Below are positions 10,068 to 19,166 of a DNA stretch of 64,000 bases, piece by piece. The stretch lies in the NCBI GenBank assembly GCA_963796685.1, contig CAWCMR010000009.1, forward strand, positions 192,001-256,000, in the 5' to 3' direction. How positions within the stretch are numbered: the stretch's first letter is position 1; the number at the start of each line of letters is the position of its first letter. Origin of the DNA: an uncultured delta proteobacterium. Its GTDB lineage: Bacteria > Myxococcota_A > Polyangia > Fen-1088. Under the pieces are notes generated by a model. It made no database searches. It was given only the letters and a program-made list of their open reading frames with translations, and was not told the DNA's origin. The translations under genes were made by a program, and so were the position numbers.

Positions 10068-10603
10068 ATGACATCAAGTGGCTTCTTGCGAACAACGATC
10101 GCGGCTCTTGCGCTTGCGGGTGCTGCGTGCTCATCGAGTACGCCTGAAGGTTCCATCGGTACCGGAGGGACTGGGAAGGCGGGTACTATGGCGGCGGCAT
10201 GAGCTACGAAATCGCGTGTGCCCGGGCGAAGGTCTTCCGCGCGGTCGCGATCTTCGAAGGCGCTCAGCTCAGCGGGTGCGACGGCGGCACCGACCCGATC
10301 GCAAACTGGCAGATGGTCGGCACCGCGGACACCACGTGCACCGAGGCCATGGCAACACCGCTACGCGACAATTTCGTCAAGAACAATGCCTGCACCGCCC
10401 AGAACCCGCCCCAACCGGCTGCGGGCAGTCTGACGCACACCTGCACCAGCTACTCCGGATGCTCGGCCGGACATCCTCTCCGTTGGTGCGTACACGGCTC
10501 GGGGCACACCCCCGCTCCCATCGATGGAAGCTCGTCCCTGTACGGACCCGGCGGACAGTCCTGGGTCCCGGGAGACCTGTGGCCATGGTTGACTTCGTTG
10601 TAG
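10068..10603 (+). pseudogene. internally deleted lipoprotein CE1 (feruloyl-esterase-type) relic
   Basis: lipoprotein leader MTSSGFLRTTIAALALAGAAC is joined out of frame at ~10187 to YGGGMSYEIACARAKVFRAVA...GHTPAP; the catalytic Ser before YGGG is missing. Confidence 0.7.
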
Positions 10604-10639
10604 ATGAGCTTGCCTCGGAGGTTCGCATGCGGGTAAGAC

Positions 10640-11042
10640 GATGGCACGAGCACCTCGAGCCAGGCGAGCTACCTGTGGTTCCAAGGCCTGACCTTCGCGC
10701 ATTCGACGTTCATGCGTCCGAGTCAGTCCGGCTTCCTGGATGGGCAAGCCGGCCACTGGCGACGAGATGCAGTACAACTACATCCACGACTACGCGTGCA
10801 GCAAGTGGGCCGACTACGGGTGTAACGGGTTGTACCTGGATGAGAAGACGTCCGGCTATACCGTCGCCCACAACGTCATGGTCAACTGCCCGACCAACAT
10901 TGCCCAGAACCAAACCGGGACCAATACCATCACGGACAATGGGGCTAATCCCAGCGGAGCCCAGAACACGATCAACACCGCTGGCATCGAGGCCGCCTAC
11001 GCCGACATCAAGACCCTGACCGTCCCTCCGGCCACGTTCTGA
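10640..11042 (+). pseudogene. fragments of a right-handed beta-helix carbohydrate-active protein
   Basis: DGTSTSSQASYLWFQGLTFAHSTFMRPS is joined out of frame at ~10754 to YNYIHDY...GLYLDEKTSGYTVAHNV...AGIEAAYADI*; no start or signal peptide. Confidence 0.6.
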
Positions 11043-11089
11043 CGATATCCATGGCAGAACGCAGGCTGTCTCGATCGTCGCGGCTGCGA

Positions 11090-11767
11090 TTACCGCAGAT
11101 CTCGACCCGCTCGCGGTAGCAGGACGCTGCGCGGAAACCTGTCTGCAAAAGCGGCCGCCGCCCGCTGGGCCTCGTCCGTACGACCAGCCTTGGTCAGGGT
11201 CCTCACGCGCAGGGCCTCTCTTTCTTCGGCGAGACGCCCGGTGGGAAAACGTCGGTCGTGCTCTGCGACCAGGGCCAGCGTATCCGCGTAGTCCCCTTCC
11301 GCATAAGCAACCTGGGCGCGCTTGAGCAGGTTGAGCTCGGCCGCATAGGACTCTCGGGCACTGGCCGGACGCACCGACGGACGGGGCCGCGTTGTCGGGG
11401 TAGTCCGCGCAGGGAGGGTGACGGCCGCGGGTGGCGTCGCTTGCGCAGGACCGCCGGTTGCGCTGCGTGCAGGTGCCGCCGCGCGTGCCGCGGGGGGAGC
11501 GGTTGCGATTCCGTGATCGCTTCGAAGTGCCAGCGCGGCCAAGGCGCTTGCACCGGCAACGGCCACCGCAACCGAGGCCGCCAGGGCGATGGTCAGGCCG
11601 CGCCGGCGTGGAACGAGGATCGGCTCGGCGCGGGAGGGCTCTGCCACCACGATTGCGCGTGCTCGTGCCAGCGACCGTGCGCGAACCACATCGGGCAGGC
11701 GAGGAACCACCTTGCCGGCCTCAACCAGGGCCTCCAAATCGGAATCGAGGTCAGGATCGCGCGTCAT
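11090..11767 (-). CDS. putative anti-sigma factor (cytoplasmic N-terminus, TM, Pro/Ala linker, periplasmic TPR-like domain)
   Basis: ATGA overlap with the ECF stop; TM LTIALAASVAVAVAG; C-terminal ELNLLKRAQ...RRFPTGRLAEEREALR...DRFPRS. Confidence 0.7.
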   Translation of the reverse strand: MTRDPDLDSDLEALVEAGKVVPRLPDVVRARSLARARAIVVAEPSRAEPILVPRRRGLTIALAASVAVAVAGASALAALALRSDHGIATAPPAARAAAPARSATGGPAQATPPAAVTLPARTTPTTRPRPSVRPASARESYAAELNLLKRAQVAYAEGDYADTLALVAEHDRRFPTGRLAEEREALRVRTLTKAGRTDEAQRAAAAFADRFPRSVLLPRAGRDLR

Positions 11768-12316
11768 CGTGGTACTCCGCCTTTCGACAAGCGTCGCACA
11801 GCCGCCGCCAGTTCCTTTCGGCCCTTTCGCAGTCTGGCGTAGACGCCGAATCGAGTGATGGACATCTTCCGTGCAACATCGGCAATGGGAATCTCGTCGA
11901 GCTCGTGCATGACAAGCACAGTCCGGCGCGAGAGGGGCAGGGAATCGAGCGCAGCCTGAAGAAGAGAGGCCGACTCTTTGCTTTGTAGCTGCCCTTCCGG
12001 ACTGACCGCGAGATCGGTGACGTCCAACGCCGGGTGGGGGATTTCGCGGGACCGGCGTCGATGGTGGGCGCTGACGATCCTGAACGCCACCCCCACGAGG
12101 TAGGGGCGGAGAGGCCGCTCCGTATCCAGGCTCGGCCAATTCCTGCGCAGCACCACGAAAATCTCCTGCGCGAGATCTTCGAGCTGCGTGAGGTGCAGCC
12201 CCCAGTCGCCGCAGAGTGGCAAAGATGTAGTCGAGCTCGCGATCGTAGGCGTCGAGGCAGCCGCTGTCTGGCGTAGGCGAAGCACCTGCAGAGTGGATGA
12301 GTCGTAAATACGCCAT
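11764..12316 (-). CDS. ECF sigma factor with a +1 frameshift at ~12186
   Basis: YDRELDYIFATLRRLG, then in a second frame EDLAQEIFVVL (region 2) and RRTVLVMHELDE...VYARLRKGRKEL (region 4). Confidence 0.82.
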
Positions 12317-12423
12317 GGGGCAACCTGATTCTCTCCCTAATACTGTCCTGGCCGAGAGGGTTGTTCACCAAAATCGCACGCACCGACGAAGGCGGGACCA
12401 GGTTTGACTACATCGTCCCGCGG

Positions 12424-13464
12424 TCAGGGCGCGTAGGTCTTCGGATCGAGGAGGATCTTCCAGAACCGGGCGATCGCCACGTCCGGCGCGATTTGGCGGA
12501 CGAGCCACAGGGGGCCGTCCGGGTTGTCCGTGAGGGTCGGTCCGGCGTTTGCACCAGCGGCAATGGGCCCGCTGCCCGCCACCCTCTCGACCGAGACCAC
12601 GAAATTCAAGATCCCCACGGCTGCCACGCCCACCTGGTCGGCCGCTTGCTGGTCATTCCAGATCTGGGATTGCCTCGACGCGATCCAGGTCCCGAAGGCG
12701 TTGTTCGGCAGCTCGGACAGGCGCGACGCAGGAACGTCGGTGGTCTGATCGTAGTAGGCGCTGACCTGGACAAAGCGAAAGCGGGAGACGACGATGGTGT
12801 CGGCCCAGGGGTCCATCTCTCCGTTGGGGATCCCCATCGCAGCGCCTGAGGCGGTCAGGCTGCCCAGCTCCGAGACGATGACCACTCGGTCCACCACCGC
12901 CGGATCGATCAGATAGGCATCGGCGACATCGGTCAAGCGCCCGCCCATCACCACCACGAGCGGCCTGTAGGGAAGGCTGAGACGGTTCGATTCGTTGACC
13001 ACGAAGAGGGCGCCGTCCGAGTTGTTCGGAACCGTTGCATCGATGTCGCCGTTCGCAGGCCGAACCAGCGGCGCGCCGACGCTCTTGATGGGATCCGGGA
13101 TGTTTCGCATCCCGCTCTTCCGTGCCACCGCGACCAGGTTCTGTCGGTCGGTGAAGTTGTCGTCGATGTTGGTGGCGTTCGAGCCCGTGATGACCACGAT
13201 TCCATCGAGTGTCAGCTCGCCGGCGGCGGCGAGCAGCACCGCATATTCGCCTTGCCAGTTATCGGACTGGCTGTCGTTGAACAGCACGACGGGGTTGCGC
13301 GCATCCACCGGAAGCAGTCCGCGTGGCGCGGTCGACCCGGCATCGTAGGTCTCGGTACAGCCGGCGATGCATGTGGCCAGCAGCATCGCCGCTACCATCG
13401 TCCCAGGACTCGGCAGGCCTGCCGGTCCTTTGGCGCAACACCGGGTTCGGACGACTTGCCTCAT
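12424..13464 (-). CDS. lipoprotein, possible nucleoside-hydrolase-like fold
   Basis: lipobox IAGC; PVVLFNDSQSDN and VVVMGGRLTDVADA recall the IU-NH alpha/beta fold; ATGA-coupled to the upstream gene. Confidence 0.5.
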   Translation of the reverse strand: MRQVVRTRCCAKGPAGLPSPGTMVAAMLLATCIAGCTETYDAGSTAPRGLLPVDARNPVVLFNDSQSDNWQGEYAVLLAAAGELTLDGIVVITGSNATNIDDNFTDRQNLVAVARKSGMRNIPDPIKSVGAPLVRPANGDIDATVPNNSDGALFVVNESNRLSLPYRPLVVVMGGRLTDVADAYLIDPAVVDRVVIVSELGSLTASGAAMGIPNGEMDPWADTIVVSRFRFVQVSAYYDQTTDVPASRLSELPNNAFGTWIASRQSQIWNDQQAADQVGVAAVGILNFVVSVERVAGSGPIAAGANAGPTLTDNPDGPLWLVRQIAPDVAIARFWKILLDPKTYAP

Positions 13465-14495
13465 TGGAATCGCACACCCAAATCAAGACCTAGTGTCCCA
13501 GCAAATCGCGGGGAGGTCCAGACCAGGATTTGGTCGAGAGTCACGCGTGAGCGAGTGAGCGTCACCAGCCCCTCGGTTCTCACCGACACGAAGGCCCGAC
13601 GCCAAAATGGCTGCGTCGCAGCCAAGCGAAGTCCCGCTTGCAGGAAAGGGCCGGAGCCCGAGCGCGGAGTATCGATGTCTCGACCCGCAATACGGATCTC
13701 GCCGCCCTTGGCTACGAGGCACGCGCCAAACCGCCCGATGTTTCCGCAGCCGGCGAGACTGGCCATCAGCTCTTGGTGCGTGAATCCGCTCCCGTCCTGG
13801 CGCCGGACCGTCGCAGGCATTCCGGCTTCGCCGGCCAGCTCGACTGAAAAGGAGTGCCAGGCGAGGCTGCCGAACAGCCGGCCGAGCCCCACCAGGCTGG
13901 ACGACATCCCCAGCGCAACCGACCCGCCGACGCCGAGGGAGAGAATCGGGGGTGGCGAGGGGATGGTCGCTTCATGCGTGACCGTCCTCGATTCCGGCAG
14001 CGCCCGCTCCTGTTTGGCAGGCGGGGTGCTCTTCGGCGCCGGTGGCAGCTGCACCGGCGCGGCCGGGATTCCGGCATTTTCCGACGGTGGAGGTGCAACG
14101 ACGCGTGGAGAGGTGTCGGCGGCGGTCAGGAGCTGAATTTGCAGGGCCAGCGCGAAGCCCATGGCGCGCACGAGCTCCCGGCAATCGTTGCTTCGCGAGG
14201 GAAAGGTTCGATCTCCCTGCCATTTCCCGGCGGCATCTCGCCACTCGATGTGCCCTTCATACGCTTGACCGCGGGCGGCAACCTGGGTGAGGACGTGATT
14301 GGGTGCCCCCTCGCGAAAGGGATCATAGCCGAGTCGGCCACTGACGATGCTCTTGAATTCGCCCTCTTGCGGGCAATCGGGGGCGGAGGCGTATTCGAGG
14401 GCAACGGCGAACGCAGGACTCTCGGCACGGCTGGACGCCGACGTCAGGATGGTGACGCAGATGGCTGCCGCATAGGCAGATGTCCTGGCAGGCAT
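13461..14495 (-). CDS. putative small outer-membrane beta-barrel protein with N-terminal Cys-containing periplasmic domain
   Basis: signal peptide, DCP and DCRELVRAMGFALAL motifs, Pro-rich linker, alternating amphipathic strands ending GLDLGVRFQ. Confidence 0.6.
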   Translation of the reverse strand: MPARTSAYAAAICVTILTSASSRAESPAFAVALEYASAPDCPQEGEFKSIVSGRLGYDPFREGAPNHVLTQVAARGQAYEGHIEWRDAAGKWQGDRTFPSRSNDCRELVRAMGFALALQIQLLTAADTSPRVVAPPPSENAGIPAAPVQLPPAPKSTPPAKQERALPESRTVTHEATIPSPPPILSLGVGGSVALGMSSSLVGLGRLFGSLAWHSFSVELAGEAGMPATVRRQDGSGFTHQELMASLAGCGNIGRFGACLVAKGGEIRIAGRDIDTPRSGSGPFLQAGLRLAATQPFWRRAFVSVRTEGLVTLTRSRVTLDQILVWTSPRFAGTLGLDLGVRFQ

Positions 14496-14662
14496 CGATC
14501 CGTCTCGGGGTGACTTCATAGCGTGCAAAAGGAAATTCCCCCACAGCAAAGATTTCCTTTCACAAGCTCGGCTCAACCAACAGGTAAGTCTAGGGCAGAG
14601 GCGCTCGTTCGCGATGCCCCCTGGCCAAAGAAGAAGATCGTACGTCTTCGAAAGGTAGAGCC

Positions 14663-17179
14663 ATGACCCGAGGGACCCGAAAACGCAGCCGAGTTTTTCT
14701 TCCTGCAAGCCTAGCCTTTGCGCTCCCGACCTTCTCTGTCGCCTTCGCCGCAAGCTCGGTGGAGAAGCTGCAGGATTTCCCTTTGGACCAGGTCCAGATC
14801 ACCGATACCTACCAGCAGAACCTGTTCACCAAAGACATCACCTACCTCATCACGACGCTCGACTCCGATCGCCTCATGGCAGGTTTCAAGGCGGTGTCCC
14901 AGAACGTGACCCCGACCAACCTCTACGGCGGCTGGGAGAACCAGGGCATACGCGGTCATACCATGGGCCACTGGCTGTCCGCGGTGGCGCACGCCTACCA
15001 GCAGGCTCTGGCCAGCGACGCAACGTTGGCAGGCAAGATCAAGACCAAGCTCGACGACGTGATCTCGAAGCTCAAGTCCTATCAGGGATCCGATGGTTTT
15101 CTGTTCGCAACCCCCGTATCCCAGTTCGACCAGTTCGACAGCGGCGCCTCCGGGACGAGCCTGGCCACGGTTTGGGTGCCCTACTACACCTTGCACAAGA
15201 TCCTCGCAGGCCTGGTCGACGTCTACAAGTACGAGGGCAACGCGGACGCCTTGGCGGTCGCGAGCAAATTGGGAGACTGGCTCTACAGTCGAGCCACGGG
15301 TTGGAGCTCGAGCGCGAAATCGAGGGTGCTCAGCCAGGAGTACGGCGGGTTGAACGACGCCCTGTACGAGCTTTACAAGTACACGAACAACGCCAATCAC
15401 CTGGCGGTCGCTCACATCTTCGATGACACCAGCCTGTTCACGACTCTTGCCGCGGGCACCGACAGCTTGGCCAATTTGCACGCCAATATGACGATCCCGA
15501 AGTTCATCGGTGCCCTGAATCGCTATCGAACCGTGGGGGCGAGCGAGTCCGCTTACCTCAACGCCGCCACTGGGTTCTTTGGCGTCGTGCTGAAGGATCA
15601 CACCTACGTGACGGGTGGAAACAGCGAGGACGAGCATTTCCACACGCCTGGCAAGCTCGACCAATACCGCGACAACGTCAACAACGAGACCTGCAACGCC
15701 TACAACATGTCGAAGCTCACCCACGACCTGTTCAAGGTCACCGGTGACGTGAAGTACGCGAACTTCTACGAGAAGATTCACATCAACGAGATCTTGTCCT
15801 CGATGAACCCCGACACGGGCATGACGACCTATTTCAAGCCGATGGGAACGGGGTATTTCAAGGCGTTCGGCACGACGGACAGCAGCTTCTGGTGCTGCAC
15901 CGGCACGGGCATGGAGAACTTCACCAAGCTCGGCGACAGCGTGTACTTCCACGATGACAAGGATCTCTGGGTGACCTTCTACGTGAGCTCGACGCTAAAC
16001 TGGAAGGACCGCGGTTTGTCGCTGACCCAGACGACGGATCTTCCCCTCACGAACAAGGTGACCTTCACCATCACCGCTGCCCCGACCGACGCAGTCAATC
16101 TGCAGCTCAGAAAGCCGGACTGGACCTCGACCTGTCAGGTGGCGGTTTCGGTCAATGGTCAGGCGGTCACGCCGGTCGAGTCCAACGGGTTCCTCGGCGT
16201 AAGCCGGGTGTGGCAGGCGAACGACACGGTGGAGCTGGCATTCCCGCTCTTCGTGCAGGTGTCGAGGCTCCAAGACAACCAGAACGCGGTGGCGTTCACG
16301 TATGGGCCGCTCGTCCTCTCCGCCGGTCTTGGAACCGCCAGCATGACCACGACGGGGCATGCCATGACGATTGCAGCGACCTCGCCGGGGGGCCTCCAGG
16401 ACACCATGACGATCAACAGCGGAACCAAGATCGAGGACTGGCTCTCCAACATCCAGAGCAACCTGGTGCAGACCCCGGGCAAGCTCGAATTCACCCCCAA
16501 GGGCACCGATTCGGACAGCAAGCTGGTCTTCATTCCTCACTACTCGCGCTACAAAGACAGGTACGGCATCTATTGGAAGCTGGCCGGCACCGCGGGCGGG
16601 ACCGCTAGCACCACGGTCACCTGTCCGACGGTGGCAACAGGGGGAACGGGCGGGGCAGCCGGGGCGACTGGTAGCGGCGGCGGCGCGGGTGGCGGGAGCG
16701 GCAACAGCGACGCGGGCTCGGGCTCCGGCGGTGCAGCGGGTAACAGCGCTACGGGCGGGGCACCAGCGAGCGGCGGTCGAATCGGAAGCGGCGGTTCGGG
16801 AGCAGGCGGGGCAACGAGCCCCGGCGGCTCGGGCGGCAGCAGCGCCGGCGGGGCCGGCGCTGGCGGCCATGGCGTTGCAGGGGCCGGCGGCTCGGGCGGC
16901 GGTGGCAACGTCGGCGCCGGCGGTGCCCGGGCCGGCAGCGGAGGCATCGCGAACGGCGGTTCCGCAGCCGGCGGCGCCCAAGCTTCGGGCGGCGCGGCGG
17001 GCGGTGCGGCTCATGCGAGCGGAGGCACAAGCGGCTCGGCTGGCACCAACGGAGCGAGCGGCTCGACGAACACGGGCTGCGCATGCAATGTCGGCAAGGC
17101 TGCCTCGCCTGCGCACGGGATGCTCGGTCTGCTGCTCGGCCTAGGCCTGGTCGCCTGGCGTCGGCGCAGGCAGCGCTGA
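14663..17179 (+). CDS. GH127/GH146 beta-L-arabinofuranosidase + Gly stalk + MYXO-CTERM
   Basis: YGGWE, RGHTMGHWLSA, EYGG, HANMTIPK, ETCNAYNM, FWCCTGTGMEN; GCAC-TM-RRRR tail. Confidence 0.9.
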   Translation: MTRGTRKRSRVFLPASLAFALPTFSVAFAASSVEKLQDFPLDQVQITDTYQQNLFTKDITYLITTLDSDRLMAGFKAVSQNVTPTNLYGGWENQGIRGHTMGHWLSAVAHAYQQALASDATLAGKIKTKLDDVISKLKSYQGSDGFLFATPVSQFDQFDSGASGTSLATVWVPYYTLHKILAGLVDVYKYEGNADALAVASKLGDWLYSRATGWSSSAKSRVLSQEYGGLNDALYELYKYTNNANHLAVAHIFDDTSLFTTLAAGTDSLANLHANMTIPKFIGALNRYRTVGASESAYLNAATGFFGVVLKDHTYVTGGNSEDEHFHTPGKLDQYRDNVNNETCNAYNMSKLTHDLFKVTGDVKYANFYEKIHINEILSSMNPDTGMTTYFKPMGTGYFKAFGTTDSSFWCCTGTGMENFTKLGDSVYFHDDKDLWVTFYVSSTLNWKDRGLSLTQTTDLPLTNKVTFTITAAPTDAVNLQLRKPDWTSTCQVAVSVNGQAVTPVESNGFLGVSRVWQANDTVELAFPLFVQVSRLQDNQNAVAFTYGPLVLSAGLGTASMTTTGHAMTIAATSPGGLQDTMTINSGTKIEDWLSNIQSNLVQTPGKLEFTPKGTDSDSKLVFIPHYSRYKDRYGIYWKLAGTAGGTASTTVTCPTVATGGTGGAAGATGSGGGAGGGSGNSDAGSGSGGAAGNSATGGAPASGGRIGSGGSGAGGATSPGGSGGSSAGGAGAGGHGVAGAGGSGGGGNVGAGGARAGSGGIANGGSAAGGAQASGGAAGGAAHASGGTSGSAGTNGASGSTNTGCACNVGKAASPAHGMLGLLLGLGLVAWRRRRQR

Positions 17180-17319
17180 TCTACTACAGTGAATCCAAGG
17201 GATTGCCTGGCGTTGCCGTGTTCTCTGTTGACCTGTCCATGAATTGGATGGGTCGACGGAAGCCGTGCTAAAGGCAATGCCGTAGGTAGGGTGAAGTCCG
17301 CGAATTCACTTCGCGAACG

Positions 17320-17345
17320 AGGGGCGGGTCGTGGCCCGCCCCTTT
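17320..17345 (+). terminator. GC-rich stem-loop, probable intrinsic terminator between convergent genes
   Basis: AGGGGCGGGTC...GGCCCGCCCCT followed by TT. Confidence 0.55.
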
Positions 17346-17423
17346 GAAATCTTCAAGACGGGACTTTCATGGACACGTCTTGTGTCCTCAGCGGTTCAAT
17401 GAGCCAGGCGCCTCCGGGGCTCT

Positions 17424-19166
17424 TCAAGGCGTGCCCACGAAGGTGGTGACACTCTGGGCATCGAGCGTTGCACTGAAGCGAGCATTGCTGACCGTGATCG
17501 GGCTCTTGGAAGCCAGGCTGTCGGTGGCTGAAGTCACCCAGGGCGTGATGCTGCAGGGGACGACGCCGGAAACGTAGAGCGAGATCGGGGTTGAAGAGGA
17601 GTTGGTGTTGATGGCCACCACGGCCACGGTCCCATCCGCCGGGTTCTGGTAGGCACTCAGCGAGATCCCCGACGGGACGGTTCCCGAGGTGGAGACCCGC
17701 ATGAAGCCGGGCCGCACGAAGCGCGCGTAGTTGCCCAGGACCCACAGCCGCTTGGTCCACACATTGTTGGTCGTGTCGTAGAGGCAGCCGCCGTTGCCGC
17801 TGGCGTTGTACAGCCACCAGAGGTGCCAGGCGTTGAGGTTGGCTTTGGTGAGGTCGTTGTGAATGGTCGTGGCCATCTTCAGCGCGCTGGCGATACCATC
17901 GCCGCTCGAGTCGCCCGACCCGGTCCCCGTGTCGACCTCCGTCTCCCAGTATTCCTTGCTGGCGGCCGCAATCGACGTTTCGGCAGGCAGGGTGCCGCAA
18001 CCATATTCGTGGCTGGCGAAGATGCTGACCGCGTCCCAGGCGGCCGTGTCGGCCTTGATGGCGTTGAAGTAGCTGGTGAATCCGCAGGCATTCATGGTCT
18101 CGGGCGCCATGATCTTCACATTGATGGCCGCCATGGCAGGGCCGAGAACGTCGATCCATGCGGCCAACTGGGCCGCCGAGTAGGAGGTCGTGCTGTTGAT
18201 ACCGCAGCTGTCCGGCTCGTTCTCGGCGGACACGGCGTAGATCGGTACCCCCTGGGTCTTCGCGTTCTGCACCCAAGTCACGAGAGCGCTGGCCAAGCCC
18301 TGCGGGTTGGTCAGCACGGGCATGCTGCCCTTGCCGGTGCAGCCGTTGGGGTCGGTCTGGTTGGTGGTGAAGCTGCCGCCGGTCGCGCCGTTGGTCCCCG
18401 TCCCCCAAGGCGTCATCCACACCGTGGCGCCGTTCTGAGCGGCCGATTTGGCGATCGTGAGCCCGTCACCGTACCGGATGCGGAGCAACGTCAACCCGGC
18501 CCCCTTGGTGGTGGACCATAGATAGTCGGCGTCCGACGCATTTCTGTAGCTCCCTGCCCAGGCGGAGGATACGCCGAAGCCGGACATCTTCTGCTGCAGG
18601 CTGGATAGGCTGACCGTCACGTCACCGCTCTGCGCACTGCCAGTGCTGCAGGCGGTTGGGTTGATGACCGCGCCATCCGTGGCGCTGCCCCCCGCACCGG
18701 TGGCCCCGCCCGATCCGCTGCTACCACCACTCGCGCCTGGTTGGCCGCCCGAGTTGGTGACGCCCGCGTCGGTGCTGCTACCGCCCGAGCCACTGCGACC
18801 GCCGCTCGCGCCGCCAGTTCCTGTGCGGCCGCCCGAGTTGGTGACGCCCGCGTCGGCGCTGCTGCCGCCCGACCCGGCGCGACCACCGCTCGCTCCACCA
18901 CTTCCCGTTTGGCCGCCCAAGCTCGTTCCCCCGCCGCTGCCAAGTGCGCCCCCTGAACCGGTGCGGCCACCGGTCGCTCCGCCCGAGCTGGTCACCGCTC
19001 CACCTGTCGACACGCCCTCGCCTCCGCTCCCTGTCTCCCCTCCTTCGCCAGTCTTACCTCCTATCCCCGAGCCTCCGGTTCCTTGGGAGCTTGTGCCCGA
19101 CGAACAAGCGGCAGCGGCAAGGGTGAGCACAGCGATCGTCGTACGCAAGAAGCGGCGTGGTGTCAT
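17424..19166 (-). CDS. GH30 xylanase/glucuronoxylanase lipoprotein with N-terminal Gly stalk
   Basis: lipobox AAAC; QKMSGFG, AENEPD (acid/base), WETE (nucleophile), GNYARFVRPG. Confidence 0.85.
   Translation of the reverse strand: MTPRRFLRTTIAVLTLAAAACSSGTSSQGTGGSGIGGKTGEGGETGSGGEGVSTGGAVTSSGGATGGRTGSGGALGSGGGTSLGGQTGSGGASGGRAGSGGSSADAGVTNSGGRTGTGGASGGRSGSGGSSTDAGVTNSGGQPGASGGSSGSGGATGAGGSATDGAVINPTACSTGSAQSGDVTVSLSSLQQKMSGFGVSSAWAGSYRNASDADYLWSTTKGAGLTLLRIRYGDGLTIAKSAAQNGATVWMTPWGTGTNGATGGSFTTNQTDPNGCTGKGSMPVLTNPQGLASALVTWVQNAKTQGVPIYAVSAENEPDSCGINSTTSYSAAQLAAWIDVLGPAMAAINVKIMAPETMNACGFTSYFNAIKADTAAWDAVSIFASHEYGCGTLPAETSIAAASKEYWETEVDTGTGSGDSSGDGIASALKMATTIHNDLTKANLNAWHLWWLYNASGNGGCLYDTTNNVWTKRLWVLGNYARFVRPGFMRVSTSGTVPSGISLSAYQNPADGTVAVVAINTNSSSTPISLYVSGVVPCSITPWVTSATDSLASKSPITVSNARFSATLDAQSVTTFVGTP
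18745..18899 (-). repeat. imperfect tandem duplication (84-bp period) in the GH30 linker
   Basis: GGRxGSGGSSxDAGVTNSGG encoded twice. Confidence 0.75.

Noticed and set aside
11090-12316. 408-aa ORF as a sigma/anti-sigma fusion
   Set aside because: Artefact of the +1 frameshift: the sigma N-terminus runs through nonsense sequence into the anti-sigma frame
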